Below are positions 29,037 to 39,942 of a DNA stretch of 64,000 bases, piece by piece. Each line of letters begins with the position of its first letter. The first letter of the stretch is position 1. Origin of the DNA: Promethearchaeota archaeon (GTDB lineage: Archaea; Asgardarchaeota; Lokiarchaeia; Sigyniarchaeales; SOKP01). The notes beneath the pieces are model-generated. The model saw only the letters and a program-made list of their open reading frames with translations. It had not been told where the DNA came from and ran no database searches. Where the stretch lies: contig JAHLWP010000015.1 of the NCBI GenBank assembly GCA_019057865.1, positions 22,225 through 86,224 of the forward strand, given 5' to 3'. A program made the translations under genes and the position numbers.

Positions 29037-32000
29037 CTACCAATAAATTTCTTTTAATGAATCATGATATTCATTAAGAGATTTAATTTCTATTTTTTTC
29101 TTACGAACATTTTCAATTGCTTCTACAATTGCTTTAGCTAACTGTAAATTAATAATAACCGGGATATTATAATCTACTGCCATCCTTCTAATTTGATACT
29201 CATCTTCTATTACTTGTCGGAACTTTTCTTCTATGGTTGTTGGTAGGGGGATATTGATCACCATATCGATTCTCCCATCTACCATGCACTCCTTTATATT
29301 TGGTTCCATTCCACGATCGCTTACTTTATATAGTTTTACAGCAGGAATTCCCTTTTCTTTAAGCGATTTTGCCGTGTGTTCTGTAGCAAAAATGGTGAAT
29401 CCTAAGGTTATGAGCTTTTTAGCGATTGGTATAATTTGTGTCTTTAATTCGTCTCCACCAACCGAGATTAAAACATTACCACCATCCACTGGAATGTACT
29501 GTTCTGCGGCCTCTAACGCTTTCATCAGAGCATCGGGGAGGTCTTCACCTATACATGCAACCTCTCCCGTAGAATTCATTTCTACAGAGAGAATTGGATC
29601 TGCGTTGTCTAAACGCATGAAAGAAAACATTGGGGATTTTACTGCGACAAAATCTCCATAAGGTAGATTTAATAACCTTTCGGGGATTTTTTCGCCCATT
29701 ATAACTTCAGCAGCTAATTTCATCAAATTAATTCCTCTCACTTTAGAGACATAAGGCATGCTTCTACTCGAACGTAGATTCATTTCGATTACAAATACTC
29801 CCTCATTTTTAACCAAGTATTGAATGTTAAAAGGTCCCATGACTTTTAGCGCTAAAGCAATTCTTCTAGTATAATCTTCTATAGTTTCTTTTACTTTATC
29901 AGAGATCGTGATAGGAGGGATTGACATTGTTGCATCACCTGAATGGACGCCCGCATTCTCAATATGTTCTACTATCGCTCCAATAAGAACTCTATCTCCA
30001 TCACATATTCCATCACACTCTACTTCTCGAGAATCTGTAAAAAATTTCGTAATTACTACGGGATATTCTCTTGAAACTGCTGCCGCTAAATCTAATGTGT
30101 CTATCAACGTTTTTTCATCATAAGAAACCCTCATTGCTGCACCACTTAATACATAAGAAGGTCTTACAAGAACTGGATATCCAACCTTTCTAGCAAATGT
30201 CAGAGCTTCATCTGGAGTTGTTAACATAGCCCACTCAGGTTGCTTTATACCTAATTGATCTAATAAACTACTGAACTTTGCTCTATCTTCTGCCATATCT
30301 ACTCGGGAGCCATGAGTCCCCAAGATATTAATACCAGCTTTACGATAGGATTCAGAATACTTAGCAAATTTAGCAGCAAGGTTTTGAGCAATTTGGCCTC
30401 CAGCGTTTAAAACGATGCCTTGAGCTTTTTCAAGTTCAGCAATATCTAGAACTCTTTCACCAGAAAGTTCTTCGAAATAAAGACGGTCAACTAAGTCATA
30501 ATCAGTGCTAACTGTTTCTGGATTATAATTTATCATAATTGCTTTATCTACTCCCAATTTCTGGAGGCCCCATAAGCAATTAACGCTTCCCCAGTCGAAT
30601 TCACAACTACTACCGATTCTATATGTACCACAACCTAAAACTATTACCTTTTTTAGATTATCTTTTGTTTCTTGTTCATAATCGATGTCGTGTTTATTAC
30701 CCCAATAAGTAAGATATAGGTACTGTCTTGTAGGAACAACTTGACCTGCTAGAGTATCAATTTGTTTTACATATGGAACTATGTTGTATCTCTTTCTAAG
30801 TCTCCTTATCGTTGGACTGTCAGTCCCTAAAATGTGAGCAATCTGTCCGTCAGAAAAACCATATTTCTTTGCTCTCAATATCCAATATTGCTTCTTATCA
30901 TCAGAAGATTCTAGTAAATTTAATTTTTTAAGCTGTTCTTCTATGCTAACAATATTTTTTAACTTATAAAGAAACCACTTATCAACCTTCGATCTTTCAT
31001 AAATTTCATCAATACTTATTTCCCTTTTAATAGCTTCTCCAATTCTTATGAATCTTAGATCTGTGGGATTTCTTAGCTCGTATTTCAATTCATTAATATC
31101 ATCAATTGGTTTAATATCATTACCTACAAAACCTCGCAGTCCGATGTCAAGCATACGGATTGCTTTTTGGCAAACTTCTTCAAAATTACGCCCTATACTC
31201 ATGCATTCCCCAACGCCTTTCATTTGTGGACCGATTCGACGGTCTACATTCTTAAATTTTGTCAGATCCCACCGGGGATATTTCATAACCATATAATCTG
31301 TTGCAGGCTCAAAATTTGCAGTAGTTTTAAGAGTGATTTGATTCAATAACTCAGGTATGTTATAACCAATTGCGATTTTCGCCGCTATATATGCCAATGG
31401 ATAACCAGTAGCTTTTGATGCAAGTGCGGAAGACCTTGATAATCGGGCATTAATCTCAATTGCTCTATGCTCCTTTGAAAAGGGATCAAGAGCCCATTGA
31501 ATATTGCACTCTCCACATACTCCTACTCCCTTTGTCGCTCTAATCGATGCTGACCTTAGCATTTGTAGTTCTTCATCTGGAAGGGTTTGAGCTGGAGCAA
31601 CTACAATACTATCTCCTGTGTGAATCCCACAGGGATCTATATTTTCCATACTGCAGTTAATAAAACAATTATCTTCGGCATCTCGAAGAATTTCAAATTC
31701 GATTTCCTTCCATCCCCAGACACTTTCCTCAATTAAGATTTGATTAATTCTTGATTGAGCAAGCCCTCTTTTAGCTAATCTTTCAAATTTGTCCCAATTA
31801 TAAATAAATGCAGAGCCTTGACCTCCCAATACATATCCAACCCTCAACATTATAGGAAATCCAATTTCTTTTGCAGCTTTTACAGCATCTTTATAACTAT
31901 TTACTGCAACACTTCTACAAACAGGGCAATCTGCATCATTCATTGCTTTGACAAACAAATTTCTGTCTTCTGTTGCTTCTATAGCTTCTACAGGAGTTCC

Positions 32001-32348
32001 ACATACTTTCACATCATATTTCTCCAAAATTCCAGCTTCATTTAGTTCTACGCCTACATTAAGACCTGTTTGCCCTCCAAAGGCTAAGCAAATTCCATCG
32101 GGTCTTTCTTTTTTAATTATTTCTTCGACGTATTTAACATTAATCGGGAGTAAATAAACGCGATGGCTCATATGAGGGTCTGTTTGTATTGTAGCAATAT
32201 TTGGGTTGACGAGGATTGTTTTTATGTCTTCTTCATTCAATGCCTTTAAGACTTGAGAACCGCTATAATCGAATTCTCCTGCTTGTCCGATCCTCACAGC
32301 TCCAGAACCTAATATTATAACTTTCTTTAATGATTCATCTAATGGCAC
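29037..32348 (-). CDS. carB: Carbamoyl-phosphate synthase large subunit
   Basis: IGQAGEFDYSG, NPNIATIQTD, GIHTGDS, SRSSALASKATGYP, NPETVSTDYD, RPSYVLSG, HSGDA, C-terminal MGS domain. Confidence 0.97.
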   Translation of the reverse strand: MPLDESLKKVIILGSGAVRIGQAGEFDYSGSQVLKALNEEDIKTILVNPNIATIQTDPHMSHRVYLLPINVKYVEEIIKKERPDGICLAFGGQTGLNVGVELNEAGILEKYDVKVCGTPVEAIEATEDRNLFVKAMNDADCPVCRSVAVNSYKDAVKAAKEIGFPIMLRVGYVLGGQGSAFIYNWDKFERLAKRGLAQSRINQILIEESVWGWKEIEFEILRDAEDNCFINCSMENIDPCGIHTGDSIVVAPAQTLPDEELQMLRSASIRATKGVGVCGECNIQWALDPFSKEHRAIEINARLSRSSALASKATGYPLAYIAAKIAIGYNIPELLNQITLKTTANFEPATDYMVMKYPRWDLTKFKNVDRRIGPQMKGVGECMSIGRNFEEVCQKAIRMLDIGLRGFVGNDIKPIDDINELKYELRNPTDLRFIRIGEAIKREISIDEIYERSKVDKWFLYKLKNIVSIEEQLKKLNLLESSDDKKQYWILRAKKYGFSDGQIAHILGTDSPTIRRLRKRYNIVPYVKQIDTLAGQVVPTRQYLYLTYWGNKHDIDYEQETKDNLKKVIVLGCGTYRIGSSCEFDWGSVNCLWGLQKLGVDKAIMINYNPETVSTDYDLVDRLYFEELSGERVLDIAELEKAQGIVLNAGGQIAQNLAAKFAKYSESYRKAGINILGTHGSRVDMAEDRAKFSSLLDQLGIKQPEWAMLTTPDEALTFARKVGYPVLVRPSYVLSGAAMRVSYDEKTLIDTLDLAAAVSREYPVVITKFFTDSREVECDGICDGDRVLIGAIVEHIENAGVHSGDATMSIPPITISDKVKETIEDYTRRIALALKVMGPFNIQYLVKNEGVFVIEMNLRSSRSMPYVSKVRGINLMKLAAEVIMGEKIPERLLNLPYGDFVAVKSPMFSFMRLDNADPILSVEMNSTGEVACIGEDLPDALMKALEAAEQYIPVDGGNVLISVGGDELKTQIIPIAKKLITLGFTIFATEHTAKSLKEKGIPAVKLYKVSDRGMEPNIKECMVDGRIDMVINIPLPTTIEEKFRQVIEDEYQIRRMAVDYNIPVIINLQLAKAIVEAIENVRKKKIEIKSLNEYHDSLKEIYW

Positions 32349-32353
32349 GCTTT

Positions 32354-33487
32354 TTACACATCCATAAGTTCAATAAATTTATTAAATATTTGTTCTTTCA
32401 TATCTAATGCACCTGGAGATGCTTCAGGGTTAAATGCTACCGAAAATATCGGTTTGCTCTCGTGGATGAGTCCTTCATTTGTATTATCATCTTTATCATG
32501 GAAGAATTGCTTAAAACCATCTTTTTCAACATCCTTTAAGCAAAAAACGTGATTTTGAAAAGTAATATAACAATTTTCTGTCCCACTCTCAACTGTTGTT
32601 CTACCGCCTCGATGTTCAGCAGTTAATTTATAACAAGTAGCTCCGGAAGCAAGCCCCATAATAAAATTTCCCATTCCAATTCCCATTGTAGGAACTGAAT
32701 TCTTTATTAAATTCTTTACAACTTCAATAGGTTCGTTATAGATATTAGGATTTCCAGGACCGTTTGTTATTAATACACCATTAGGTTTGAGTTCCATTAT
32801 TTTATCATAAGAATAATTATAAGGAACTACAACTACCTCAATGTTTTTGGATAGTAAAGTTCTTAAAATATTATTTTTAACACCTAAATCTAAAACTACA
32901 ACAGAACCTTTTGGATTATTAAGCGTGATCGTTTTAACTTCTTTAATAGATACAGTATCTATAAGATTTGTATTAATTGGATCTTCAATATTTTGAACCT
33001 CTGCTTTTAACGCATCAATATTTGGTTTCTGACCTTCCTTTAAAACTTGAATTAATCCTAATTTACTACCACTTACGACAAATTCTTGAGTAATCCTTCT
33101 AGTATCGATCCATTGGATACCAGGAATATTTTCTTCAATTAACCATTCTTCTAGAGTCCTAACACTTTCATAATGACTTGGATCAACACAGTATTCATTG
33201 ACAATCAAACCCTTTATTTTGATAGAATCTGATTCAAACTGTTTAAGTATTCCAAACTCGTCTTCTACCTTATCTGGAACTCCATAATTGCCTATAGAAG
33301 GATATGTAAAGAGCACAATCTGATCTTTATAGGTTGGATCTGTAAGAATCTCTACATATCCTGATCCTGGAATAGTCGAAAATGTTATTTCACCGGAAAC
33401 TTTTTCATTAGCACCAAAACCTAACCCTTCAAAATAGGTTCCATCTTGGAACATTAAAATAGCGGGTCTTTCTTTTTTATAAAGCAT
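32354..33487 (-). CDS. carA: Carbamoyl-phosphate synthase small subunit with degenerate glutaminase site
   Basis: LTDPTY..QIV, YPSIGNYG, DTR, DLGVK.NI, NGPGNP, PEASPG; GIGMG replaces GICLG and FNPE replaces FHPE. Confidence 0.92.
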   Translation of the reverse strand: MLYKKERPAILMFQDGTYFEGLGFGANEKVSGEITFSTIPGSGYVEILTDPTYKDQIVLFTYPSIGNYGVPDKVEDEFGILKQFESDSIKIKGLIVNEYCVDPSHYESVRTLEEWLIEENIPGIQWIDTRRITQEFVVSGSKLGLIQVLKEGQKPNIDALKAEVQNIEDPINTNLIDTVSIKEVKTITLNNPKGSVVVLDLGVKNNILRTLLSKNIEVVVVPYNYSYDKIMELKPNGVLITNGPGNPNIYNEPIEVVKNLIKNSVPTMGIGMGNFIMGLASGATCYKLTAEHRGGRTTVESGTENCYITFQNHVFCLKDVEKDGFKQFFHDKDDNTNEGLIHESKPIFSVAFNPEASPGALDMKEQIFNKFIELMDV

Positions 33488-33587
33488 CTTAAAATAAAGA
33501 TAACTATTATTTTTTTTTAAAATTGATTATTAATGTGTTAAATAAAAAATAAAAAGAATAATCTCAATGAAAAAGAAATCTAACAGA

Positions 33588-34625
33588 TTATTGTTTGCTA
33601 ATTGAAAAATAATACTCTTTATAAGTGATTTTAATAGCTTGAAAAATTGATTCTAAATCTATATCTTCAAAATTAGACCACCACGAATAAATTTTGGTGT
33701 CAGATTTTTCTAAATCTTTAGATTCTTGTATAGATATTACATTTTGATCAATTAAAAAAGAGGGATTCAATATATCCTCAGCACCTTCTTCTAAATCTAC
33801 TAAGTTTTGAAGCATACATTCAAGTAAATCATCATAAAATAGAATGGGGATATATTTTTTTTCTCTAGGTCTCAATTCATTTAATAGAATATTCTGTTCG
33901 TCTTTATTTGTGGGAAAGCCCCTCTCATGAAGGTTAAAAACTTCTATATCTATAATTTCAGGATGATATTGAGTCTGTTTTACTTTTTCCCTCTTCTGAC
34001 GGATCATTACTTCTTTTACTTGGAAAAGTAAAACATTTCTTTGCCTTCCTCTTATCTCAACAAGAATTGAATTTTCATCAATTCTTTTATTACAAATGTC
34101 TGTAATTATTTGGCAATATTCGGTAGCAGCTTTCACAAGATCCTCTTCATCTAACTTTGCTTTTAACATTGTATTCAAATAAGCTCTTAAAAAAGCTGAA
34201 AAATCTTCTTCTAAACGGTATAAATTTCCATAAAGATACCTAGTGGAATTCCACCACTTAATTGCCCGTTCGATTGAAAGAGGAGTAAAGAAATTTTCTC
34301 GAGCTCTAACCTCAGTGAAATATAATAATTTTTCTATTCCAAGCTGAATAAATGGATTTGGGTTGATTGCTGCTGCCAGATCTTCCCCGATCGTAATAGA
34401 TATCGGTTCCCTTGGTCGAATTAGAATTGAATTTTCAGCATTATAAACACGATCAACTCTCATTGGTAAAGGCATTATTGGATTGGATTTAATAGATTTT
34501 ATTATCTCGACATATTGAGGTTGTTTTAAACCTGAAGTATCTGCTTGGAACACATCAACAAAAAAGAAAAACGGTGCAGCGTCATATTTGTAAGTTTTAA
34601 ATTTATGTATACTTATAAGGTTCAC
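33588..34625 (-). CDS. Hypothetical protein
   Basis: 345-aa ORF; start GTG 34625, or ATA 34616 behind GGTGA. Confidence 0.75.
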   Translation of the reverse strand: MNLISIHKFKTYKYDAAPFFFFVDVFQADTSGLKQPQYVEIIKSIKSNPIMPLPMRVDRVYNAENSILIRPREPISITIGEDLAAAINPNPFIQLGIEKLLYFTEVRARENFFTPLSIERAIKWWNSTRYLYGNLYRLEEDFSAFLRAYLNTMLKAKLDEEDLVKAATEYCQIITDICNKRIDENSILVEIRGRQRNVLLFQVKEVMIRQKREKVKQTQYHPEIIDIEVFNLHERGFPTNKDEQNILLNELRPREKKYIPILFYDDLLECMLQNLVDLEEGAEDILNPSFLIDQNVISIQESKDLEKSDTKIYSWWSNFEDIDLESIFQAIKITYKEYYFSISKQ

Positions 34626-34683
34626 CAGAACATAATTAATAAAAAAATAATTCTATTTAGAAAATTAAAAAAAAGAAATAAAG

Positions 34684-35850
34684 TTATTTCATATCTACAA
34701 AATTTCCACTTTTAAATAAATCACATGGTTTTAGGTATTCACTCCCAATCTCTTCAGAAATATTTATCAATCTCTTAAGATATTTCTCATAATTTTTTAT
34801 CCCTTCGCCAAAAGGACCGGGAAAATTCATACCAGCCATATTGGCATCATCAATAACTTTCCAACCACTTGCGATGCCTTCTTCCAATATTCGACATCCT
34901 TCATTGAGGCGAATGGCAAGAATCACATCATGATCAACCAATCCTGCTTTTTGAATTTTAGAAAAATCTGGTTTTGGTCTTCCTTTTGACCAATCATAAA
35001 ATCCGAGTCCTGTTTTTCTGCCTAATTTTCCTTCATTAAACATTTTGGTTAATGCTTTTCCTGGTCTGAAATCCTCGTGCAATGTTTCAGCATAATAATT
35101 TCGTCCATGGTATGCGGTATCAATACCAGTATAATCAATTAAAACGAGAGGAGACATTGGTCCTCCGCTCCCATAATCTGCATCTAAAGACTCAAATGGA
35201 ATTCCTTTTTCAAAACAAGTATCAAGAAGATAATTAAAATATATTGAACCTGGTGCATTGAGTCTGTTTACAATAAATCCCGGTCTATCTTTTAATACTT
35301 TTGCTATATATCGTTCTCCTCTAAGGCATGGTAAACTTTTGCTTACTTCTATTCCTATTTCCATGGATTCTTCAGAAGATTTTTCACCTGCTATAACTTC
35401 AATTAATTTCATTAGCGGAGCTGGATTAAAGAAATGCATACCGATACATTTATCTTCTCTATTAGTTACAGTTGCCATTTCTGTTACAGACATAGTTGAA
35501 GTATTTGAAGCAATTATACAGTGCAAGGGAGCATTATTATCGCAAATTTTGAAAATCTCTTTCTTAACATCCATTTTTTCAACTACGGCTTCAATGATAT
35601 AGTCTGCATTTTTTACGGCATAAGATAAATCTAATGTAGTGTTTAATCGTGCCATATTTTCTGCTAATGATAACTTTCCTTTAGCTTCAAGTCTTTTCAA
35701 CCCATCTTCAATGCTAGCAACACCTTTATCGATAAATTCTTGCTTTATATCCACCACAGTAACGTTATATCCTGCCATTAGAGAAATCTGAGCTATACCA
35801 GAACCCATTAACCCAACACCAATAACTACAATATTCTTAACATCACTCAT
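34684..35850 (-). CDS. 3-hydroxyacyl-CoA dehydrogenase (duplicated C-terminal domain)
   Basis: GVGLMGSGIA, EAVVE, SNTST, GMHFFNP, PGFIVNR, GRKTG.GFY. Confidence 0.93.
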   Translation of the reverse strand: MSDVKNIVVIGVGLMGSGIAQISLMAGYNVTVVDIKQEFIDKGVASIEDGLKRLEAKGKLSLAENMARLNTTLDLSYAVKNADYIIEAVVEKMDVKKEIFKICDNNAPLHCIIASNTSTMSVTEMATVTNREDKCIGMHFFNPAPLMKLIEVIAGEKSSEESMEIGIEVSKSLPCLRGERYIAKVLKDRPGFIVNRLNAPGSIYFNYLLDTCFEKGIPFESLDADYGSGGPMSPLVLIDYTGIDTAYHGRNYYAETLHEDFRPGKALTKMFNEGKLGRKTGLGFYDWSKGRPKPDFSKIQKAGLVDHDVILAIRLNEGCRILEEGIASGWKVIDDANMAGMNFPGPFGEGIKNYEKYLKRLINISEEIGSEYLKPCDLFKSGNFVDMK

Positions 35851-35918
35851 CTTAATCTAAACCAACTTTTTAAAGATTTTTACCATAATAAATGCTTATT
35901 TGCAATAAAATCTATTGA

Positions 35919-36809
35919 TTATGGATTTTTTTTAATGAAATCGACTATAAGTTCAGCTAGCTCAGAACCTTTATCTTCTTGTACAAAATGACCTGCACCT
36001 TTAATCGTTGTGTGATTTTGCCCTTGACATCCTGGAACAATCTTCTGCCAAAATCTCTCTCCACCTCTGGTGATTGGATCACTATCAGAAAATGCTGTCA
36101 AAAATGGCTTGCTCCATTTACTAAATTTTTCTATAGCATTTTTATTTGCTTTATGTTCTGGGTCATCTTTACTAATCGGGACTAATGAGGGCATAATTCG
36201 AGCACCAGCTTTGAAAGAGTCATCAGGAAATGGATCATCATATCCTCTTAAAATGTCATCTGATAATTGAGTTGTTGTACCTCCCTGAATGATTGCTTTT
36301 ATATCAAAAACAGGAGAACTTCTTGAAAATTCTCGCCATTTTAAAAAGGCATTGGACATTCTTTGCTCTCCCGTGGGAAGTCCACCATTAGACAAAACAA
36401 TTCTCTTAAAACGATCTTGATTTTCTATAGCTACCCGTAATCCTATTAATGATCCCCAATCTTGACAAAACAAGGTGATATTACGAAGTTTAAGTAGTTT
36501 CACCCATTCTGTAATCCATTCTACATGCTTACGATAAGTATGGTCACTTTTTTCTGTTGGTTTATCAGATTTACCAAATCCTACTAAATCTGGTGCTAAT
36601 ATCCTATAGCCAGCATTTATAAAAACAGGAATCATATGTCTATATAAAAAACACCAGGAAGGTTCTCCATGCATCAGTAAAATACATTCTGTATTTGATC
36701 CTTCATCTAAATAATGAATTCTGATACCATCAACATCGATATAATTAGGCTTATAGGGAAATTTAGGAAGATTTTCAAATCTTTCTTCTGGTGTACGTAA
36801 TAATTTCAT
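35919..36809 (-). CDS. Haloalkane dehalogenase (alpha/beta hydrolase, HLD-I-like)
   Basis: LRTPEERF, HGEPSW, PDLVGFGKSDKP, QDWG nucleophile, GHFVQED; ATG ~36809 preferred. Confidence 0.88.
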   Translation of the reverse strand: MKLLRTPEERFENLPKFPYKPNYIDVDGIRIHYLDEGSNTECILLMHGEPSWCFLYRHMIPVFINAGYRILAPDLVGFGKSDKPTEKSDHTYRKHVEWITEWVKLLKLRNITLFCQDWGSLIGLRVAIENQDRFKRIVLSNGGLPTGEQRMSNAFLKWREFSRSSPVFDIKAIIQGGTTTQLSDDILRGYDDPFPDDSFKAGARIMPSLVPISKDDPEHKANKNAIEKFSKWSKPFLTAFSDSDPITRGGERFWQKIVPGCQGQNHTTIKGAGHFVQEDKGSELAELIVDFIKKNP

Positions 36810-36904
36810 ACTTTTTACCTTTTCATTCTTTAATTCTTGGTGGAACATAACCTATTTTATATCCACCTAATTTATTTTATTAAACTGTGAGCTTTTATAA
36901 GCTT

Positions 36905-37459
36905 TTATTTTTTTGGTTTGAAAATTATTGCCGGTTTAGTTCTCTCAGAATAAGTAAAATTATCTGCTTCTTTAATGTCGCCATATTTTGCTTTAAGTTC
37001 TTCTAAATTACCGGCATAGAGAGCTCTAGGTCGGCATGTCTGAACACATACTGGTATTTTATTTTCTAAGTTTCTATCTAAACAAAAAGTGCACTTTCGC
37101 ATCTTCGCTCCTTTTTGGGGTCCAAATTGTGGCGCATCGTAAGGACATGCCTTTAAGCATTTAGAATCACATTCCTCATTACCTAAGCATTTAATGCTAT
37201 CCACAATTACTATTCCATCTTCTCCTCTTTTTGTTATAGCATTAACAGGACAAACAGGGATGCAGACAGGATCTTCGCAATGATAACATGGTCTTATTAA
37301 ATAACTTACAAAAACATTTGGAGTCTTTCCTTTTTCGTTATATAGTACGTTCATCCAAAATTCTGGTCCTGCCGTAACGTCATTCCAATCTTTGCAGGCG
37401 ACTATGCATGCAGCACATCCTGTACATCGCGTTTGATCAAAATAGAAACCAATCTGCAT
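36905..37459 (-). CDS. DmsB-like 4x[4Fe-4S] electron-transfer subunit
   Basis: FDQTRCTGCAACIVACKDWN, CYHCEDPVC..VCP, CLKACPY, KCTFC, CVQTC. Confidence 0.9.
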   Translation of the reverse strand: MQIGFYFDQTRCTGCAACIVACKDWNDVTAGPEFWMNVLYNEKGKTPNVFVSYLIRPCYHCEDPVCIPVCPVNAITKRGEDGIVIVDSIKCLGNEECDSKCLKACPYDAPQFGPQKGAKMRKCTFCLDRNLENKIPVCVQTCRPRALYAGNLEELKAKYGDIKEADNFTYSERTKPAIIFKPKK

Positions 37460-37460
37460 T

Positions 37461-39710
37461 TTATTTCACCTCCGGTTTATCTTTGCTTACTTGAACAAGA
37501 CAAGTTTTTAAACAACAAGCCCCATCAGGAGCATAAGCATTTTTAGTCAAAGTATTGGGACAGCCACCTCTATCAATCCCTTCCTCATCGGGAGTATACC
37601 ATGCACCTTCATGGATGACTATAACTCCAGGAATAATCCGTTCCGTAACCCATGCTTCAATTGATAAAATCCCTCTATCATTATAAACATATATTAAATC
37701 TCCTGTCTTAATATCCCTAGGTTCAGCATCAATGGAATTAATCCAACACCTATGATGATCAACCTCTTTAAGCCATTCAACATGGTATAATTCGGAATGA
37801 ACTCTATTCTTAGGGTGCGGAGAAAGCATTTGTAATGGATATTTTTCAATTAATGAATCAAATCTATCTTCCCAAGTACTTAAATATTTAGGAATAGGGG
37901 GTAAATTGGGATCATTTATATCAGCTACTCGTTGTGAAAAGATTTCAATCTTTCCTGAAGGCGTCTTGAAAGGATTGTTTTCAGGGTCTTCTATTTGTTT
38001 TTTAAACGCCACATAGGGTTCGTCTAATTTTACTCTCCAAATTCCATCTTCTTTATATTTATCGTAATCGGTGACATGCTCTTTAATATCTTTGGTCCCT
38101 CTCCAAAACCTTTTTAATTGCCTAGTTTCATCATAATGTTTAAAATCTTCAATACCTAACCTTACTGCGAGTTCCTCAGCAATAGTTATATCATGCTTGC
38201 ACTCTCCTACTAGTTCAATAGCTTTATTCATGTATCCAAAATATGGTCCAGATGGCCAAGGTCGAGTTAAATCAGATCTTTCTGCCATACTAGTTGTTGG
38301 TAATACGATGTCTGCATACCTGGCTGTTGGTGTCATGAATTTTTCAACACTAACCATATATTCGAGCTTTTTTAATGCTTCTGCATTGTGATTAGTATTA
38401 CCTAACTGATTTAAAAAATTATTACCGCAAAACCATCCAAATTTGATGTCGTATGGATAACCACCTTCCTTACCTTCTAAAATCTGATCAAACATCTTAT
38501 TAGTATGAACCCTTGTGCGTAAGCGATGTTTTAAGTTCACTGATCCTCGTACTGAAATTCTATCAGGATGGTTTTCTTCAACCGGATTCCTACTTGGAGG
38601 TAAAATGAATGGTCCAAAAAACATGTGAGCTATTGGAATACCCATTAATCCTCCACAAGCAGCACCACCTTTTCGTCCAACATTTCCAGTCATTGCAGAT
38701 AATGTCATAGCAGCTCTATTATATTGTCCACCCATTGCACTGCGTGCTGGACCTTGACAGTCCATTAACGCCGCTGGTTTAGTGGTTGCATATTCACGAG
38801 CTAATTCTCTGATCGTTTCTGCTAGTACGTTGCAGATCTTTTCAGCCCATTCAGGTGTTTTTTCAACATCGTCTTCTTCTCCCATTACATATTCCTTAAA
38901 TTTCTCAAATCCAACCGTATATTTATCCAAGAACAATTGGTCATGAAGATTTTCTTTTATCATTACATTAGCCATGGCAACCATCATTGTCACATCAGTA
39001 CCTGGTACAATAGGAATCCATTTGTCAGCTACAACAACATCTGTATCTGAGTATTTAGGATTAATACTTATAACTTTAGCACCTTTTTCATGTGCTTTTA
39101 TAAGATAATACAAAGCATCTGTTCCTGAATTCATTCTCGCTGGATTCCAGCCCCATAATATAATTAATTTTGAATTTAACATATCTTCCCGGCTATGACC
39201 CACAAAAGGAGATGCATATTGAGTCATTGTCGCCCAAACAGCACCCTCAGAGGATACATTTCCATGATGCGTGGAGAAACCACCAAAATGGGTAAATAAT
39301 CTAATCATTGCGAGTATAGGATGATGATATGCGCCGATATAACCACCACCCATAGGAAGAAATATTGCTTCATTACCATATTTTTCTTTAGTATATTTAA
39401 GTTTTTCAGCTATTTCAACCAATGCTTCATCCCATGAAATGCGTTTAAACTTACCCTCTCCTTTTAGTCCGACTCTCTTCAGTGGATACTTAAGCCTTTC
39501 TGGATGGTAAATCTCTTTTCGAAGAGCGCGACATTTTAAGCAGGTCCTAAGTTGGTTTTCTTCATCAGCTAAGTCATCCCCCTCAACACGGATAATTTTA
39601 CCATTCTTTACATGAAATTTAATAGGACAACGTCCTCCACAATCGAATGCTGATGTAGTCCTTATAAACTTAATTTCATTAGCTTCCTGTTGTTCTTTTT
39701 GATTTTCCAT
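37461..39710 (-). CDS. DMSO-reductase-family molybdopterin oxidoreductase (DmsA-like, no Tat signal)
   Basis: DCGGRC, RLKYPLKR, ISWDEA, WGWNP, PGTD, TARYADIVLP, TPSGKIEI. Confidence 0.92.
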   Translation of the reverse strand: MENQKEQQEANEIKFIRTTSAFDCGGRCPIKFHVKNGKIIRVEGDDLADEENQLRTCLKCRALRKEIYHPERLKYPLKRVGLKGEGKFKRISWDEALVEIAEKLKYTKEKYGNEAIFLPMGGGYIGAYHHPILAMIRLFTHFGGFSTHHGNVSSEGAVWATMTQYASPFVGHSREDMLNSKLIILWGWNPARMNSGTDALYYLIKAHEKGAKVISINPKYSDTDVVVADKWIPIVPGTDVTMMVAMANVMIKENLHDQLFLDKYTVGFEKFKEYVMGEEDDVEKTPEWAEKICNVLAETIRELAREYATTKPAALMDCQGPARSAMGGQYNRAAMTLSAMTGNVGRKGGAACGGLMGIPIAHMFFGPFILPPSRNPVEENHPDRISVRGSVNLKHRLRTRVHTNKMFDQILEGKEGGYPYDIKFGWFCGNNFLNQLGNTNHNAEALKKLEYMVSVEKFMTPTARYADIVLPTTSMAERSDLTRPWPSGPYFGYMNKAIELVGECKHDITIAEELAVRLGIEDFKHYDETRQLKRFWRGTKDIKEHVTDYDKYKEDGIWRVKLDEPYVAFKKQIEDPENNPFKTPSGKIEIFSQRVADINDPNLPPIPKYLSTWEDRFDSLIEKYPLQMLSPHPKNRVHSELYHVEWLKEVDHHRCWINSIDAEPRDIKTGDLIYVYNDRGILSIEAWVTERIIPGVIVIHEGAWYTPDEEGIDRGGCPNTLTKNAYAPDGACCLKTCLVQVSKDKPEVK

Positions 39711-39821
39711 AAAATCATCTTGTATATAATTGTAATATTTTTAGATGTATTAGTTATTAAATTTTTATAATTACATGTAAGTTAACCCTGTAATTACTAT
39801 TATTATTTTTAATGAGCTAAT

Positions 39822-39845
39822 ATGTATCTTATATACGAGATACAT
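39822..39845. promoter_or_regulatory. Inverted repeat ATGTATCT-N8-AGATACAT in the divergent promoter of the two molybdoenzyme operons
   Basis: Perfect 8-bp arms, roughly central in the spacer. Confidence 0.45.
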
Positions 39846-39942
39846 TCATTAAGAATAATTATTTCATAAAAATTATTTAAAAACTGTATATTTTTTCTAG
39901 TTAAAATTTATCTTAAAATAAAAAAAATTAAGTGAAATAAAA

